Shown here: one piece after another, positions 39,758 to 54,231 of the stretch
Numbering within the stretch: position 1 is the stretch's first letter
Layout: every line of letters begins with the position of its first letter
Assembly (NCBI RefSeq): GCF_046119375.1
Contig: NW_027362769.1
Span: 363,878,001-363,942,000 of the forward strand
Reading direction: 5' to 3'
From: Phyllobates terribilis
Lineage: Eukaryota
Length of the DNA: 64,000 bases
Notes under the pieces: generated by a model
Told to the model about the DNA's origin: nothing
Database searches by the model: none
The model's input: the letters and a program-made list of their open reading frames with translations, nothing else
Translations under genes and position numbers: made by a program

Positions 39758-42517
39758 CGTGTGCTGCGGAACTAGAACACAAATATCTCCTGATAGGAAA
39801 CAAAACACTGAGGCCGGACCTGGAGGCGCCTGTTATATGTACAGGCTTACTGCGCACTGATTGGCTGCTGAGCTGCATCATCCTGAGCATCTATTGGCTG
39901 ACGCTGACACTGAGCACAGGCCCCGCCTCCTTCTAGCTGATCCCGAGTGGAGCTCCGCTCTCCCCTTGTGCTTCCCTGCCCGGGATAAAAGCCCTTTACC
40001 GGCTAACACCGGACAGCAGAGCGCGCTTTCTCCGTCGCTTCCTCTTCTCCATCATCTCCACTGACCATTTGTAGCCGTCACCAGCAGAGATGCCGCGAAA
40101 GAGCCGAGAGGAGGTCCCGGGATCATCGCCGCCGTCCTCCCGATCTGCGCATCACTGTGTATCCGGGGAGATAAAACTGCTGCGGGAGCTCGTTCCTCCT
40201 ATTCCCGGCTCTTGTCACCATCACAGGGATCTTTACTACAATATCCATCGTACAGGAAGCGGATTGTACGATGTGGGGACGACCTGGAGCTGCTGAGAGC
40301 CCAGAAGGGTAACACAGGCGATGGCCTCCGCTGACTGCCACCTCCCTGACCTGTAATATAAGTACACCCCGAATGTGCAGTGTTTTGGGGGATGAACTCG
40401 TATCCACATCAGTAGATGATCCACATAGGGAGCTGATTGCAATCACCTGTGTAATATCGTGTCTGACCCTGTGTGCAGCTGTGACGCTGCTGCAGGTAAT
40501 GGAGGGAAGAGCTCTGATAAGGCGCCAGCTTCACAATGCGACTCATCCCCCAACCAAACACATAAACATCTCCGGTGAGATAACTGGGACCACGCATACC
40601 AGGATTGGGAGATAATGAGGCCACACATACCAGGATGGGGGTATGAGGGGGTCATACATATCAGGATTGGGGGATAAGGAGGCCATGCATACCAGGATTA
40701 GGGAATGAGGTGGCTGCGCATACCAAAATTGGGGGATAAGGAGGCCACGCATATCAGGATTGGGGGATGAGGGGGGCATGCATACTCGAGTCAATACGTT
40801 TTCCCAGTTTTTTGTTGTAAAATTAGGGGCCTCGGCTTATACTCAGGTCGGTTTTTTAAAATATACAGTATTTTAAAATCAGTGAGTACGTGGTGCCCAT
40901 AATATTGCAGGACTGTGGGGTGCATTATACTACATGGGGGCTGCATTTTACCCTATGGGCTGTGTAATATACTGTATGGGGGACTAAGGGAAGTGCATTA
41001 TATTCTATGGAGGACCATGGGAAGTTCATTATACTATATGGAGGATTATGGAGGGCATATTATACTATATGGAAGGCTAGGTGGGGCCATTAAATATTTT
41101 GAGGCCTATGTGGGGGGCGATTATACTGTATGAAAGCAATTATATGGTGTGAAGGTTTGTGTGGGGTCCATCATACTGTTTGGAGGGCTGTGTAGGGGCT
41201 ATTATACTGTATGTAAGCCCATTATGCTGTATGGAGGGCTGTGTGGGGGTCACAATTGGGGGATCATACTGTGTTGGGGTCACCAAACTTTGCCTTGGGA
41301 TTTGAGGTGGGGTACAATAGCTTCATTATACTGTGCATGTGGAGTCATTCCCCTTGTGGGTGTCATACTGTGTTTGGGGTACACTTTTATGGGGTGTCAT
41401 ACTTTATGGGGGCAATGAAAGAGGAATCTAGGACTTCGGAAGGAGGAAAATTAGTAAGAAAAGGCTAGAAAGTTGTGAGATCTTCTTCTCTTCTGTGACA
41501 CAGATAAATATATATAAAGGAGACCCCAGAATATCTGTTCTGGGGAGCAAGTGGTTGAGTAAAAAGCCACTGAACACAGGACAACTCGCTCAAAATTACT
41601 GAGGATCAGAGCTGTGAAGGAACTCAATCATAGTTTTCGCACTATCGGTCTAGAAAGCGTTAATCAGCTTTGGAAGTGCATTGAGGTGGAGGGTACATTG
41701 CTGGAAAAGGAAGAAAAAAAAAAAAAACTCTTTAAATCTCTTAGTTTGCGAGTGTGAACGAGCTGCGTGTGTCCGGAGCGTAAGTGCGAACGAAAGTAAG
41801 TGTGTGACTTGTTTTTCAGTGAAGAGGTATTTGGGAATCCTGCAGAAAATACTTGTGTGAATTGCGGTGAGTGCTGCATTGTGACCTGCTGAGTGCTTTT
41901 CTACCTGTTTAGATTTATTGGGCATTTTAAAACCTATTTTCTCACTACAGTTTTAGTTTCTTAGGTAACTACCTGTGTATTTAAGGGTTAACTACATTGC
42001 AATAAAATCCTGAGGTGTAGATTTACTCACAAGGGGTTAATTAAGGGGAAGGGGTCATAATTAAGGGTTTATAAGGGGCAGCTGGTTGGACATCAAGTCC
42101 TTTGGAAGTGCATTGAGGTGAAGGGTACATTGCTGGAAAAGGAAGAAAAAAAAAAACTCTTTAAATCTCTCAGTTTGCGAGTGTGAACGAGCTGCGTGTG
42201 TCCGGAGCGTCAGTGCGAACGAAAGTAAGTGTGTGACTTGTTTTTCAGTGACTTTGGATTCTGGGAGTTTGGAAGGGAGGACTTAGGACTGAATTGTTGA
42301 CTGTATTTCATTCTTTCTTTACTTTACTTTTTACTTAATTAATCCACCTGACCTACTTATCTGATTCCCCCGTCCATACTTGATACTTAACTGATCCCCC
42401 GCCGATATCTAATTGATACACTTGCACATCCCTAATTTATCCCCATCCATACACCTATATATAAATAATTGTGTTTTGTACTTGTATATATATACTGACT
42501 GTATCCCCATATTTAGA

Positions 42518-43419
42518 ATGACGTCCATGTTGGCCGGAGCCGTGCAGTGTACATCTTGCGCAATGTATGCATTCCGTGAGCAACCGCTCGAGGATCCATA
42601 CTGCTGCGAGAGATGTGAGCATATCGTGCACTTGGAAGCCCAAATTCTGGATCTAAGTGCTCAGATAGCGGTACTGAGGAGCATCGACAACATGGAACGG
42701 AGTTTGCTGCTCACCGAGCAGACACTCAATGGGTCAATACTGGGGGTGGAGCATAGAGGGGAAGTGCAGGCTGAACAGGCAGGGAGCTGGATAACAGTTA
42801 GGAGGGATAGAGGGAAGAAGTATAGGAAGGCTGGTTCAGAACCGGCATTATTGGAGCACGACAGATCCTCTGACCGCCGGGGGAGTGGGGAAGTGTAGGG
42901 CAGGCAAGACAGGTTCTGGTAGTGGGTGACTCTATTATTAGGGGGACAGACAGGGTAATCTGTCACAAAGACCGGGATCGCCGAACAGTGTGCTGCCTCC
43001 CTGGCGCTCGAGTCCGGCACATCGCGGATCGGGTTGACAGGTTACTGGGTGGGGCTGGCGAAGACCCAGCGGTCATGGTCCACATCTGCACCAATGACAA
43101 AGTGAGTGGTAGATGGAGGGTCCTTGAAAATGATTTCAGGGACCTAGGTAGGAAGCTTAGGGCAAGGACCTCCAAGGTAGTTTTCTCAGAAATACTACCA
43201 ATCCCGCGAGCCACACAGGAGCGCCAACGGGAAGTTAGGGAGGTGAATAAGTGGCTAAAGAGTTGGTGCAAGGCAGAAGGGTTTGGGTTCATGGAGAACT
43301 GGGCCGACTTCGCGGTCGGCTACAGGCTCTATCATAGGGACGGGCTGCACCTCAATGGGGAGGGTGCAGCGGTGCTGGGGAAGAAGATGGCTAATAGGTT
43401 GGAGGAGTTTTTAAACTAG
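42518..43419 (+). pseudogene. CR1 ORF1 (Cys-rich N-terminus plus SGNH esterase-like domain), frameshifted
   Basis: QCTSC...CCERC; GDSIIRG, VHICTND, DGLHLN motifs in two frames. Confidence 0.85.
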
Positions 43420-43549
43420 AGACGGGGGGGGGGGGGACCAAGGAAATAGGTGGGATGTGAGGCAAGCAAGGGGGAAGGGGAGAAGTGAATATAATGAGGG
43501 TGGAGAGGGGGGTGGGGATTGTACAGTTAGATCGTTAGAGAAGAATAGG

Positions 43550-46366
43550 ATGCTAAATAACCCCAAAGTTTTATCTTGCATGCTGACCAACGCAAGAAGC
43601 CTGACCAATAAGGCGGATGAGCTGCAGGCGCTTATATCGGAGGAGAGGTATGACATCGTAGGTATAACAGAGACTTGGCTAGACGATAGCTACGACTGGG
43701 CGGTAAATTTATTAGATTATAGTTTATTTAGAAGGGACCGGAAACAGGGGAAAGGCGGAGGAGTCAGCTTATATGTAAAGTCATGTCTAAAACCCAGACT
43801 AAGGGAAGATATAGGAGAGGGAGAAGAGGGGGTCGAGTCCATGTGGGTAGAGATAGAGGGAACTAAAAATAATAATAAAATATTACTGGGGGTCTGCTAT
43901 AAGCCACCCAATATAACAGAGGAGAATGAGAATCTGCTATTAGGACAAATAGACAAAGTAGCAAAACATAATGAAGTGATTGTAATGGGGGATTTCAACT
44001 ACCCGGATATTGACTGGGAAACAGAAACCTGTAGATCTCAGAAAGGTAAAAGGTTCTTGACAAATATTAAGGATAATTATCTCTCCCAACAAGTGCAGGA
44101 ACCAACGAGAGGGAAGGCCGTGTTGGACTTAATATTGACTAATAGGACTGATAGAATAACTGAGGTACAGATAGGGGGGCACATAGGTAATAGCGACCAT
44201 AATATTATCGACTTCAAAATGCCCTTCAGTAGGGTTATCAATAAGGGAACAACAAAAACATTAAACTTTAGGAGGGCGAAGTTTGATCAGCTGAAAGAAA
44301 GCCTTCAACTTATAGACTGGGACAAAGTTCTTAATCAAAGGAATACGAATAGTAAATGGGAAACCTTCAAAAGAATTCTGAATACTCAGTGCGAGAGGTA
44401 TATACCGCATGGGAATAAAAGGGCCAGAAATAAGAGGAAACCAATATGGTTGAACAAGAACGTAAAAGGGGCGTTAAATAGCAAAAAAGAGGCATTCAAG
44501 AGATTAAAACAGGAAAACAGTAAGGAGGCACTAATGTGTTACAAGGAAAAAACGAGAACCTGTAAAAAAACAAATAAAAATAGCGAAGGAGGAAACAGAG
44601 AGACGTATTGCTAGGGAAAGTAGATCAAATCCCAAACTGTTCTTTACGTATATAAATAGTAAAAGGATTAAATCGGATAATATTGGACCGATAAAAAGTG
44701 AGGAAGGCAAAATCATAGAGAAAGATGAGGATAAAGCTAATCTATTAAATAATTTTTTTTCGACAACTTTCACAAAGGAAATAGAACTAACAGGAGAAAT
44801 GAGAAGTGACAAGCTTAATCCTCCACTAAGTATGACTAATCTAACCCAAGTTGAGGTACAGAAACGCCTCAGTAACATTAAAATAAACAAATCACCAGGA
44901 CCTGATGGCATACACCCACGGGTACTGAGGGAAATAAGTAATGTGATAGACAGACCGTTATATCTTATATTTAAGGACTCTGTTGAGACTGGGTCTGTAC
45001 CACTTGATTGGCGATAGGCGAATGTAGTGCCAATATTCAAAAAGGGAGCGAAAAGTGACGCCGGAAACTATCGGCCGGTGAGTCTGACGTCCGTTGTGGG
45101 CAAAATTTTTGAAAGCTTCATTAAAGAGGCAATTACGGAGCATCTTGATGCTAATAATCTTTTAATCCCGAACCAACATGGATTCATGAGGAATCGCTCC
45201 TGCCAAACAAACCTGATTGACTTCTACGAGGAGGTTAGCTCTCGAGTAGATCAGGGGGAACCAGTGGATGTCGTGTATCTCGACTTCTCAAAAGCGTTCG
45301 ATAGCGTGCCACATAATAGGTTGGTATACAAAATGAGAATGATGGGGCTGGGGGAAAATGTCTGCAAGTGGGTAGCGAACTGGCTAAAGGATAGAAGGCA
45401 GAGGGTGGTTATAAATGGAATATACTCAGATTGGGAGATTGGGTAAGCGTCACTAGTGGGGTACCACAGGGGTCTGTACTAGGCCCAATGTTATTTAATA
45501 TCTTTATTAACGACATAGTCAACGGGATAAATAGTAAAATGTCAATATTTGCAGATGACACAAAGTTATGTAAAACAATTAATACAAAAGAGGATAGTGC
45601 AGACCTACAGAGGGATTTGGATAAGCTGGGTAGGTGGAGCATTAAATGGCAAATGAGGTTTAACGAGGAGAAATGTAAGGTCATACATATGGGAAGGAAA
45701 AATGGAAGTCACCAGTACTCACTGAATGGGAAATCATTGGGGAATTCAGAGATGGAGAAGGACTTGGGCATCTTGATTGATAGCAAACTAAATTGGAGTG
45801 CCCAAAGTCAGGCCGCTGCTGTAAGGGCAAACAGGGTAATGGGATGTATCAGAAGAGGTATAGCTGCAAAGGATGAGAACATTGTTCTTCCACTGTACAA
45901 AGCACTGGTCAAACCACACTTGGAATACTGTGCTCAGTTATGGGCCCCAATATATAGAAAGGATATAAATGAGCTTGAAAAGGTACAAAGGAGGGCAACA
46001 AAATTAATAAAGGGAATGGAGGGACTGCAATACCCAGAGAGGTTGGCAAAACTAGGACTATTCAGCCTGGAAAAGAGAAGGTTGAGGGGGGACATAATAA
46101 ATGTGTACAAATATGTTAGGGGACAGTATAGAGATCTTGCCCGAGATTTGTTCAAAAGGAGGGATATTACGGTAACAAGAGGGCACTCACTAAGACTGGA
46201 AGAGAAAAGGTTTCAGCACCAGCATAGGAAGGGGTTCTTTACGGTAAGAGCAGTGAGACTATGGAATTCACTGAGTGAGGAGACGGTAATGTCGGATTCA
46301 CTACACCAGTTCAAGCGGGGACTGGATGCATTTCTAGATACCAGGCAGATTTCAGCATATACTTAA
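43550..46366 (+). pseudogene. CR1 ORF2 (AP endonuclease + reverse transcriptase), disrupted
   Basis: TNARSL, GITETW, MGDFNYPDIDW, SDH; NYRPVSLTS, YLDFSKAFD, PQGSVLGP, FADDTK; frameshift ~44600, stop 45015-45017, duplicated GATTGGG near 45430. Confidence 0.92.
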
Positions 46367-46595
46367 AAATAAAATAAAATAGTAGGTTGATACAGGGATT
46401 TATTCTGACTGCTGGTTTCAGAGTCGGGAGGGAATTTTTCCTCAGGTGAAGATTGGCCAAATCATTTGGGGTTTTTGCCCTCCTCTGGATCAACTTTAGC
46501 AATTACAGAACTAACAGGTCGAACTTGATGGACGCAAGTCTTTATTCGGCTTTACAAACTATGTTACTATGTTAATAGCGCCACCTGCCATCTAA

Positions 46596-47430
<835 letters not shown>

Positions 47431-48810
47431 GCGCCGCTCCTCCACATCTGTCCGAACAACCAAAGGCTCTTCTAAGAGCCACCACATACTCCTCATAAGA
47501 GCCGGCACCGCTGATAGCAGGCGATGGTCCACGCTAGGGTCTGCTGACACCTGTGTACCAGACGGTATATAGATCTATCTGTGTACACGATCTTTGCTCC
47601 ACTGTATGATTTGCTGCAGAGGACTCCTAGCTTGGTCCTCGTACATGTTACTCCTGTTATAGCGCAGCGGTTGATTTACTCATGCTGGACAGTGATCTAG
47701 TTTATACTGAAGAGTACAAGGGACAACGGGGAAGGGTGAACATGGGTCCTGGCCCGTGAGAAGCCAGTTTTTCATACATACAATGCGGCTGCTAATAAGG
47801 TAAGTCATACAATTGACAGCCTTCCTCGCTAAACTGTTTACAATCTTGCACAAAGACAACTTGCTGGACCTCCGGATGTATGAGGAAAGAGCTTAGATCT
47901 GCCCCGATCACCTGAGGATGACGAGGTCCTAATTCTAGAAAAGCTAACTTTTAAAAATCTGACTTATTTTGGGAGTGGGTTCTACGAGCCCCATTCAATC
48001 CTCCGCTCCATCTACACATCCAGGAGGCTCCTCATTCACCCACTAATCTACATTGATTCCCTGTGGTGTTCGCGCCGATCTGATCACAGACTAAGGAGAA
48101 GTCTCACAGGTTCTACCAGGAGCCTGATCGCCGCCGGGTCTGGGGAAGACACCGCTTCTGTAAAGCATGTGTAAGTGTGGAGTGGGGATCAGCAGACACA
48201 CGGCTACTAAAGAGTTAAACGGTGGAAGAAATACTTGTATCCGGTATTGATCGGTGCCTGAGGATGTCTGTCAGTCATTGGCTGATCACAGATCCGTTGG
48301 TGGTTTTGAATTTCCCGCTCAATCGTTTTTTGGATTATTACCGGCTCCTCTGCTTGTAGGGAGATCGCAATCTGGTCTGGGGAAAGTTCTACCCCACTGT
48401 ACGGCGCAGAGCCGCTTGCCCCAATCACAGTGATCGTAGAGGAGGGTGGGCTCCATTATTAATTTTCGGGTGAACAATCTTCACCATCATTCAAGGTTTT
48501 CTCCAAGCAGCACTTGGAACATCGCTACTGATGGGAGCAGGAATGTACCTTGTATTACAGAAAGCGGATACTGCTTCCATAACTCGGGAGATCTACAGAT
48601 TTCTGTATAGGACGTAATCGGTCATTGACTAGAAATCGTTCCAACCACAAGAAACTGTTAACCCGTCAGTGCCAGTATTCTGAGTTCGCTCTGAAAAATG
48701 AGTGAACATTAGTTCTTTATAAACAGCGTACAAAGCTTGCACTGGCATTCACAGAAGCACAGAATTATTCCACAACAGGAGATTGTAGCCTCTCATCTAG
48801 AAGATGTGGT

Positions 48811-48826
48811 GGCTCTGAAAAGAGCC
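48811..48826 (-). terminator. Histone 3' stem-loop (H4)
   Basis: Reverse complement GGCTCTTTTCAGAGCC. Confidence 0.95.
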
Positions 48827-48835
48827 TTTGGGTTG

Positions 48836-49294
<459 letters not shown>

Positions 49295-50871
49295 TTAGCT
49301 CCTCCTTCCTCTGCTGATTGGCTGAACACAGAACTGTTGGGGAGTTTGAATTTCCCGCTCATTGTGCAGTTTCCGCAACTTCTAATATATATGTTTTACC
49401 TGTGATGAGAAATGTTTCAGAAACAGTCTATAAATAAAAGGGCAGACACGACACCAGCTGCAAGTGATCTACACTTCATATAGAAGCTTCAGATCACTGT
49501 TGAATATACCTGTAACGGCACTGACAGTGATTAACCCCCACTTCCATCATACCAGCATATTCGTAACATGCTATTCACTAATGTCCAGGAAGGGTCATTT
49601 CCGCACCTTACTACTCCCCTCATCATCCCTTGCATTCTGTACAATCTACATGTGACATTCTGGCTGCTCCCGTCGGCTAATCTATAGGATCCTGACTGAG
49701 CTCTGACATTTCTAAGATGGGCTTGTCACTTCAGATAGAATTGCTCTTGGGGTGCGGTGATTTGAGGAGGATTGTGGCAGCCAGGATTATTGCCTCTTCT
49801 AAGGACAGTGCAGGGAGGAAGCCGCGGTCAGCAGCACTGCTCCGATACTGACACCAGCTCATAAGCCGGGAATCCCCTCAGTCTGGCTTACAGAGGGTCT
49901 CTTCCTGCAAACGATAATGGCACGACAGTACTGATATCAATTGGGAACAGAATTCTTCCTGTAGAAGATAAAGACAACAGCTCAGATTGGTCAAATAAAA
50001 AAGGAACCGTATAAATAACATAATCACTGAGCAGCTGATTGATTCTCATTCCAGTGGTCCCATATCCAATGGAGAATACACTGTGATCTGGAAGGTGATT
50101 ACACGAATGTGCTCAGTGGAGTTTATCTATAGACCGGACAATTCTCTTCACAGCAGAAGTAGTAACACAATTACATGTAGAAGCTGCGGAAACTACAAGG
50201 AGCGGGAAATTCAAACTCCCTAACGTCCTGTGTTCAGCCAATCAGCAGAGGAAGGGGAGGAGCGGAGAGAGCGGGATATTTATACTCCTCTGCTCCTGTT
50301 ACCGCGTCATGTGAACACGCCCCCTGCACTGCTTGATAATATCATAAATTAACATGAGCCGCCAAAACAGGTGTGATATCCGCGACCAATCATTATTCCC
50401 AAAATCATCCCAACGCCCATTAATCCCGCCCTCAAAAAGAGGGGCAGGGTCTCTGTTCACACTCTTTTCTGGCTGCGGATACTGGCACAGGGTCACACCA
50501 TGTCTACATGCGGCTTCTACAGCAAGAGCCGCCGTCGTCACTGTTCTATGTCACCAGTACACGGAGCTGTACAGGGTCTACTCTATCATCAGTCAAATCA
50601 CTGGTTCTCCAATTCTCTCATCGAAGTAATAACCGCACACTAATCCTTTCACTAATAAAGACGCAGGTTACAAGTGGTGATTGATTAGGATGATGTAGAT
50701 TTCTGTAGGACATCGGCCCCTTCCCTCCATTGATTACACTGATCGGTCACCTGCACTGGTGTGATCGGGACACAGCGCAGCTCTATGCGGAGATGTGGGG
50801 AAAAGCTTATTCATTATAACACTGGAGCCGCTCCCTGTACACACTATAATCTAGAAGCGGCAGCATATACG

Positions 50872-51423
50872 GGCACTGATCATACAGATCTGCCGGGGAC
50901 AAGGTGGTGGCACTGATCATACAGTTCTGCAGGGGACAAGGTGGTGGCACTGATCATACAGCTCTGCAGGGGACAAGGTGGTGGCACTGATCATACAGCT
51001 CTGCAGGGGACAAGGTGGTGGTACTGATCATACAGCTCTGCCGGGGACAAGGTGATGGCACTGATCATACAGCTCTGCCAGGGACAAGGTGGTGGCACTG
51101 ATCATACAGCTCAGCCGAGGACAAGGTGGTGGCACTGATCACACAGCTCTACAAGGAACAAGGTGGTGGCACTGGTCACAGCTCTGCCAGGGAAAAGGTG
51201 GTGGCACTGATCATACAGCTCTGCAGGGTACAAGGTGGTGGCACTGATCATACAGCTCTGAAGGGGACAAGGTGGTGGCACTGATCATACAGCTCTGCCG
51301 GGTACAAGGTGGTGGCATTGATAATATAGCTCTGCCGGGACAAGATGATGGCACTGATCATACAGCTCTGCAGGGTACAAGGTGGTGGCACTGATCATAC
51401 AGCTATGAAGGGGACAAGGTGGT
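50872..51423 (-). repeat. ~37-bp tandem repeat (~15 units) downstream of the second H1
   Basis: Same unit as 38545-39062. Confidence 0.93.
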
Positions 51424-51439
51424 GGATCTGAAAAGAGCC
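51424..51439 (-). terminator. Mutated histone stem-loop (H1)
   Basis: Sense GGCTCTTTTCAGATCC; the third stem pair is broken. Confidence 0.85.
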
Positions 51440-51469
51440 TTTGTGGGGTAATAACAGGGCGGCTTTGGA

Positions 51470-52126
51470 TTATTTCTTAGCTGCGGGCTTCTTGGCTTTA
51501 GCTGCCTTCTTAGCAGGACTCTTGGCAGCTTTGGGTTTAGCAGCTTTCTTAGCCGGACTCTTCGTCACCTTCTTGGGCTTGGGAGCGGCCTTTGGCTTCT
51601 TGGGGCTCTTGGTCGCCTTCTTGGCAGCTGCTGCGGGCTTCTTGGCCTTTTTCGGGCTCTTCTTGGCCGCGGTCGGAGCCTTCTTGGGCTTCTTAGGAGA
51701 CTTGGCGGCTTTCTTGGCTGCAGCAGGCTTCTTGGGCTTGGCCGCAGCTGCTGACTTCTTCCTGGCCGCTTTGTCCTTAGTCTCCTGCTGCTTCTTGTTC
51801 AGCTTGAAGGACCCGGAGGCGCCGCTGCCCTTCACCTGGAGGAGGGCGCCCTTGGTGACCAGAGACTTGACGGCCAGCTTCAGGCGGCTGTTGTTCTTCT
51901 CTACATCGTATCCTCCGGCAGACAGAGCCTTCTTCAGGGCGGCCAGAGACACCCCACTACGCTCCTTAGAGGCGGACACGGCTTTCACGATCAGATCGGA
52001 GACGCTGGGACCGGAGGGCTTCTTGCTTTTTTTGACGCCCCCGGCGGCGGATTTCTTCGGCTGCTTCTTGGATTTGGCGGCCGGTTCCGCGGGAGGGGGA
52101 GCGGCGGCTGGTGCGGTCTCTGCCAT
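51470..52126 (-). CDS. H1: Linker histone H1 (218 aa)
   Basis: Intact ORF paralogous to 39110-39757, with a 3-aa insertion. Confidence 0.93.
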   Translation of the reverse strand: MAETAPAAAPPPAEPAAKSKKQPKKSAAGGVKKSKKPSGPSVSDLIVKAVSASKERSGVSLAALKKALSAGGYDVEKNNSRLKLAVKSLVTKGALLQVKGSGASGSFKLNKKQQETKDKAARKKSAAAAKPKKPAAAKKAAKSPKKPKKAPTAAKKSPKKAKKPAAAAKKATKSPKKPKAAPKPKKVTKSPAKKAAKPKAAKSPAKKAAKAKKPAAKK

Positions 52127-52195
52127 CGTGTGCTGTGGAACTAGAACAAAACACTGAGGCCGGAGCTGGAGGCGCCTGTTATATGTACAGGCTTA

Positions 52196-52594
<399 letters not shown>

Positions 52595-54231
52595 TCAGTC
52601 TCCTCAGTCGCTTTTTATCCACCGCTGCCCCGACCTCCTACCTTATCATTGGATGGATCTGAAGCCGCCAATGTGAAGCAGACTTGTGGAAACACCAATA
52701 AGACGCAGCCTACACAGGTCACGTGACTTTTTGTTCATGAGTTTGAAGTTCCCGCTCAGCGGCTGATGGCTTTTCTGTTCTTTGTCTCCATATAACACAA
52801 GGTTCTATGACCGACCTATATCGGGAAAGCAGCTTGTGTTCAGCGATCATTGGTCGTTTACGTCCCATACAGGAGTCTGGAGACTTTAGTTGAGCAGTCT
52901 CCGCTTTCTGTAATACAAGACCCGGGGTCAGGGATGCTTCGGTTTCCTTTCATGGATATAAAGAGTGAATAAGCCATCAGCTGGCTATGCTTTGTTGTTC
53001 CCATTATTAAAGAGTGGGTCTCCTATACTGTTATTGCGTATGCAGTAACTATCACTTCCCGGTGCCTGCGCAATGGAACCCTGCGGCACAGTGCAGAGAG
53101 GGACGGCGCCAGGATGAAGCAAAGCGCGCCTTATGTGAGCGGCACTTTGCTCATGCCCGAGAAGTGAGGTAGAACAGAGCACATCACAGGGCCGTGTGAC
53201 GTGTAGGGCAGTGGGGTAATAAGGTAACTAACCATATAGGCGGATATTTTGGGGAACAATATACAGTTAGGTGGGGATTTATTGGCATCCGGGGGATGCC
53301 AAGCCTGTGGAAAATAGAGTAGATGAAAACACTTTTCTCTGCAATCAAGCCTCTACTATGAGCCATACAGGTATGTATAGATTTTCTTTTCTACAACCTG
53401 TATGCCCATAGTAGAGGTCTGATATCTCCCAGGGGGTGGCAGATTCCCTTAACAGAATGTGTCTGTTGTATTTCAAATAAAGTGTTTACTCTGTGTCTGT
53501 GTGTTTATTTAACTCTTTACTTTACTTTATTTAGGCTTGGTAATGACAGGGTCTGATTGACATTTTGTCATCACCAAACAAAAGAGCTAGGTGTAAGCTA
53601 ATCCAATTCACCCAATTTTCATCAGCATTCCCATTCATGTAATTTCTGGGGCATCTGAAAGCTGTTTTAATATTTTTTTTTATTATATGCTCAATCCCCG
53701 AAGCCCTATCTTTTGTAAAATAACTAAAAATAAAAAACAACCATATCCCTCACATGTCCGCTATCATGACGCAATCCAGATTGTCCCTCGGCGATCCGGG
53801 TCACATCTACAGCAGTGACTTCAGCAATCACTGATGTCACTGCTGTAGAAGACAGCAATGTACACTGACAGGGGTGTAATCACTACTGCCAGTATACATT
53901 GCAGCTGCAAGAGTGAGGTCACTTGGGTTCATAAGCTGAAGATCAGCTGATCAGCCTCGGTGATCTCAGCCTCAGTGGAATGTGGGAACACTCGTGATGA
54001 GCGACCATGCTTGCCACTGCTCGGTACTCGCCGAGCATCTCAGTACTCGAGATGCTGGGAGCTCGCCGAATACTGCATGTTTGGCGCTATTTAGAGCACC
54101 AATCATACAGGGATTGTCTACCACTCACTGTAATGTCACAGCCTTGGTAGATGTGGCATTACCCGACAATTTAGAACAGAAAGAATAGAGCATCACACAT
54201 AGATTAGACAGATAGAAACATGTGAGTCACA

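Larger units (their letters stand above)
41670..46574 (+). mobile_element. Near full-length CR1 LINE, inactivated
   Basis: 5' UTR, ORF1, ORF2 (APE + RT), tail ACTATGTTACTATGTT; flanks are reverse-complement matches to the H2B downstream flank at 28614-28750. Confidence 0.93.

Noticed and set aside
39021-39860. Ala/Phe/Leu-rich plus-strand ORFs here and at 51441-52157
   Set aside because: Antisense shadows of H1.
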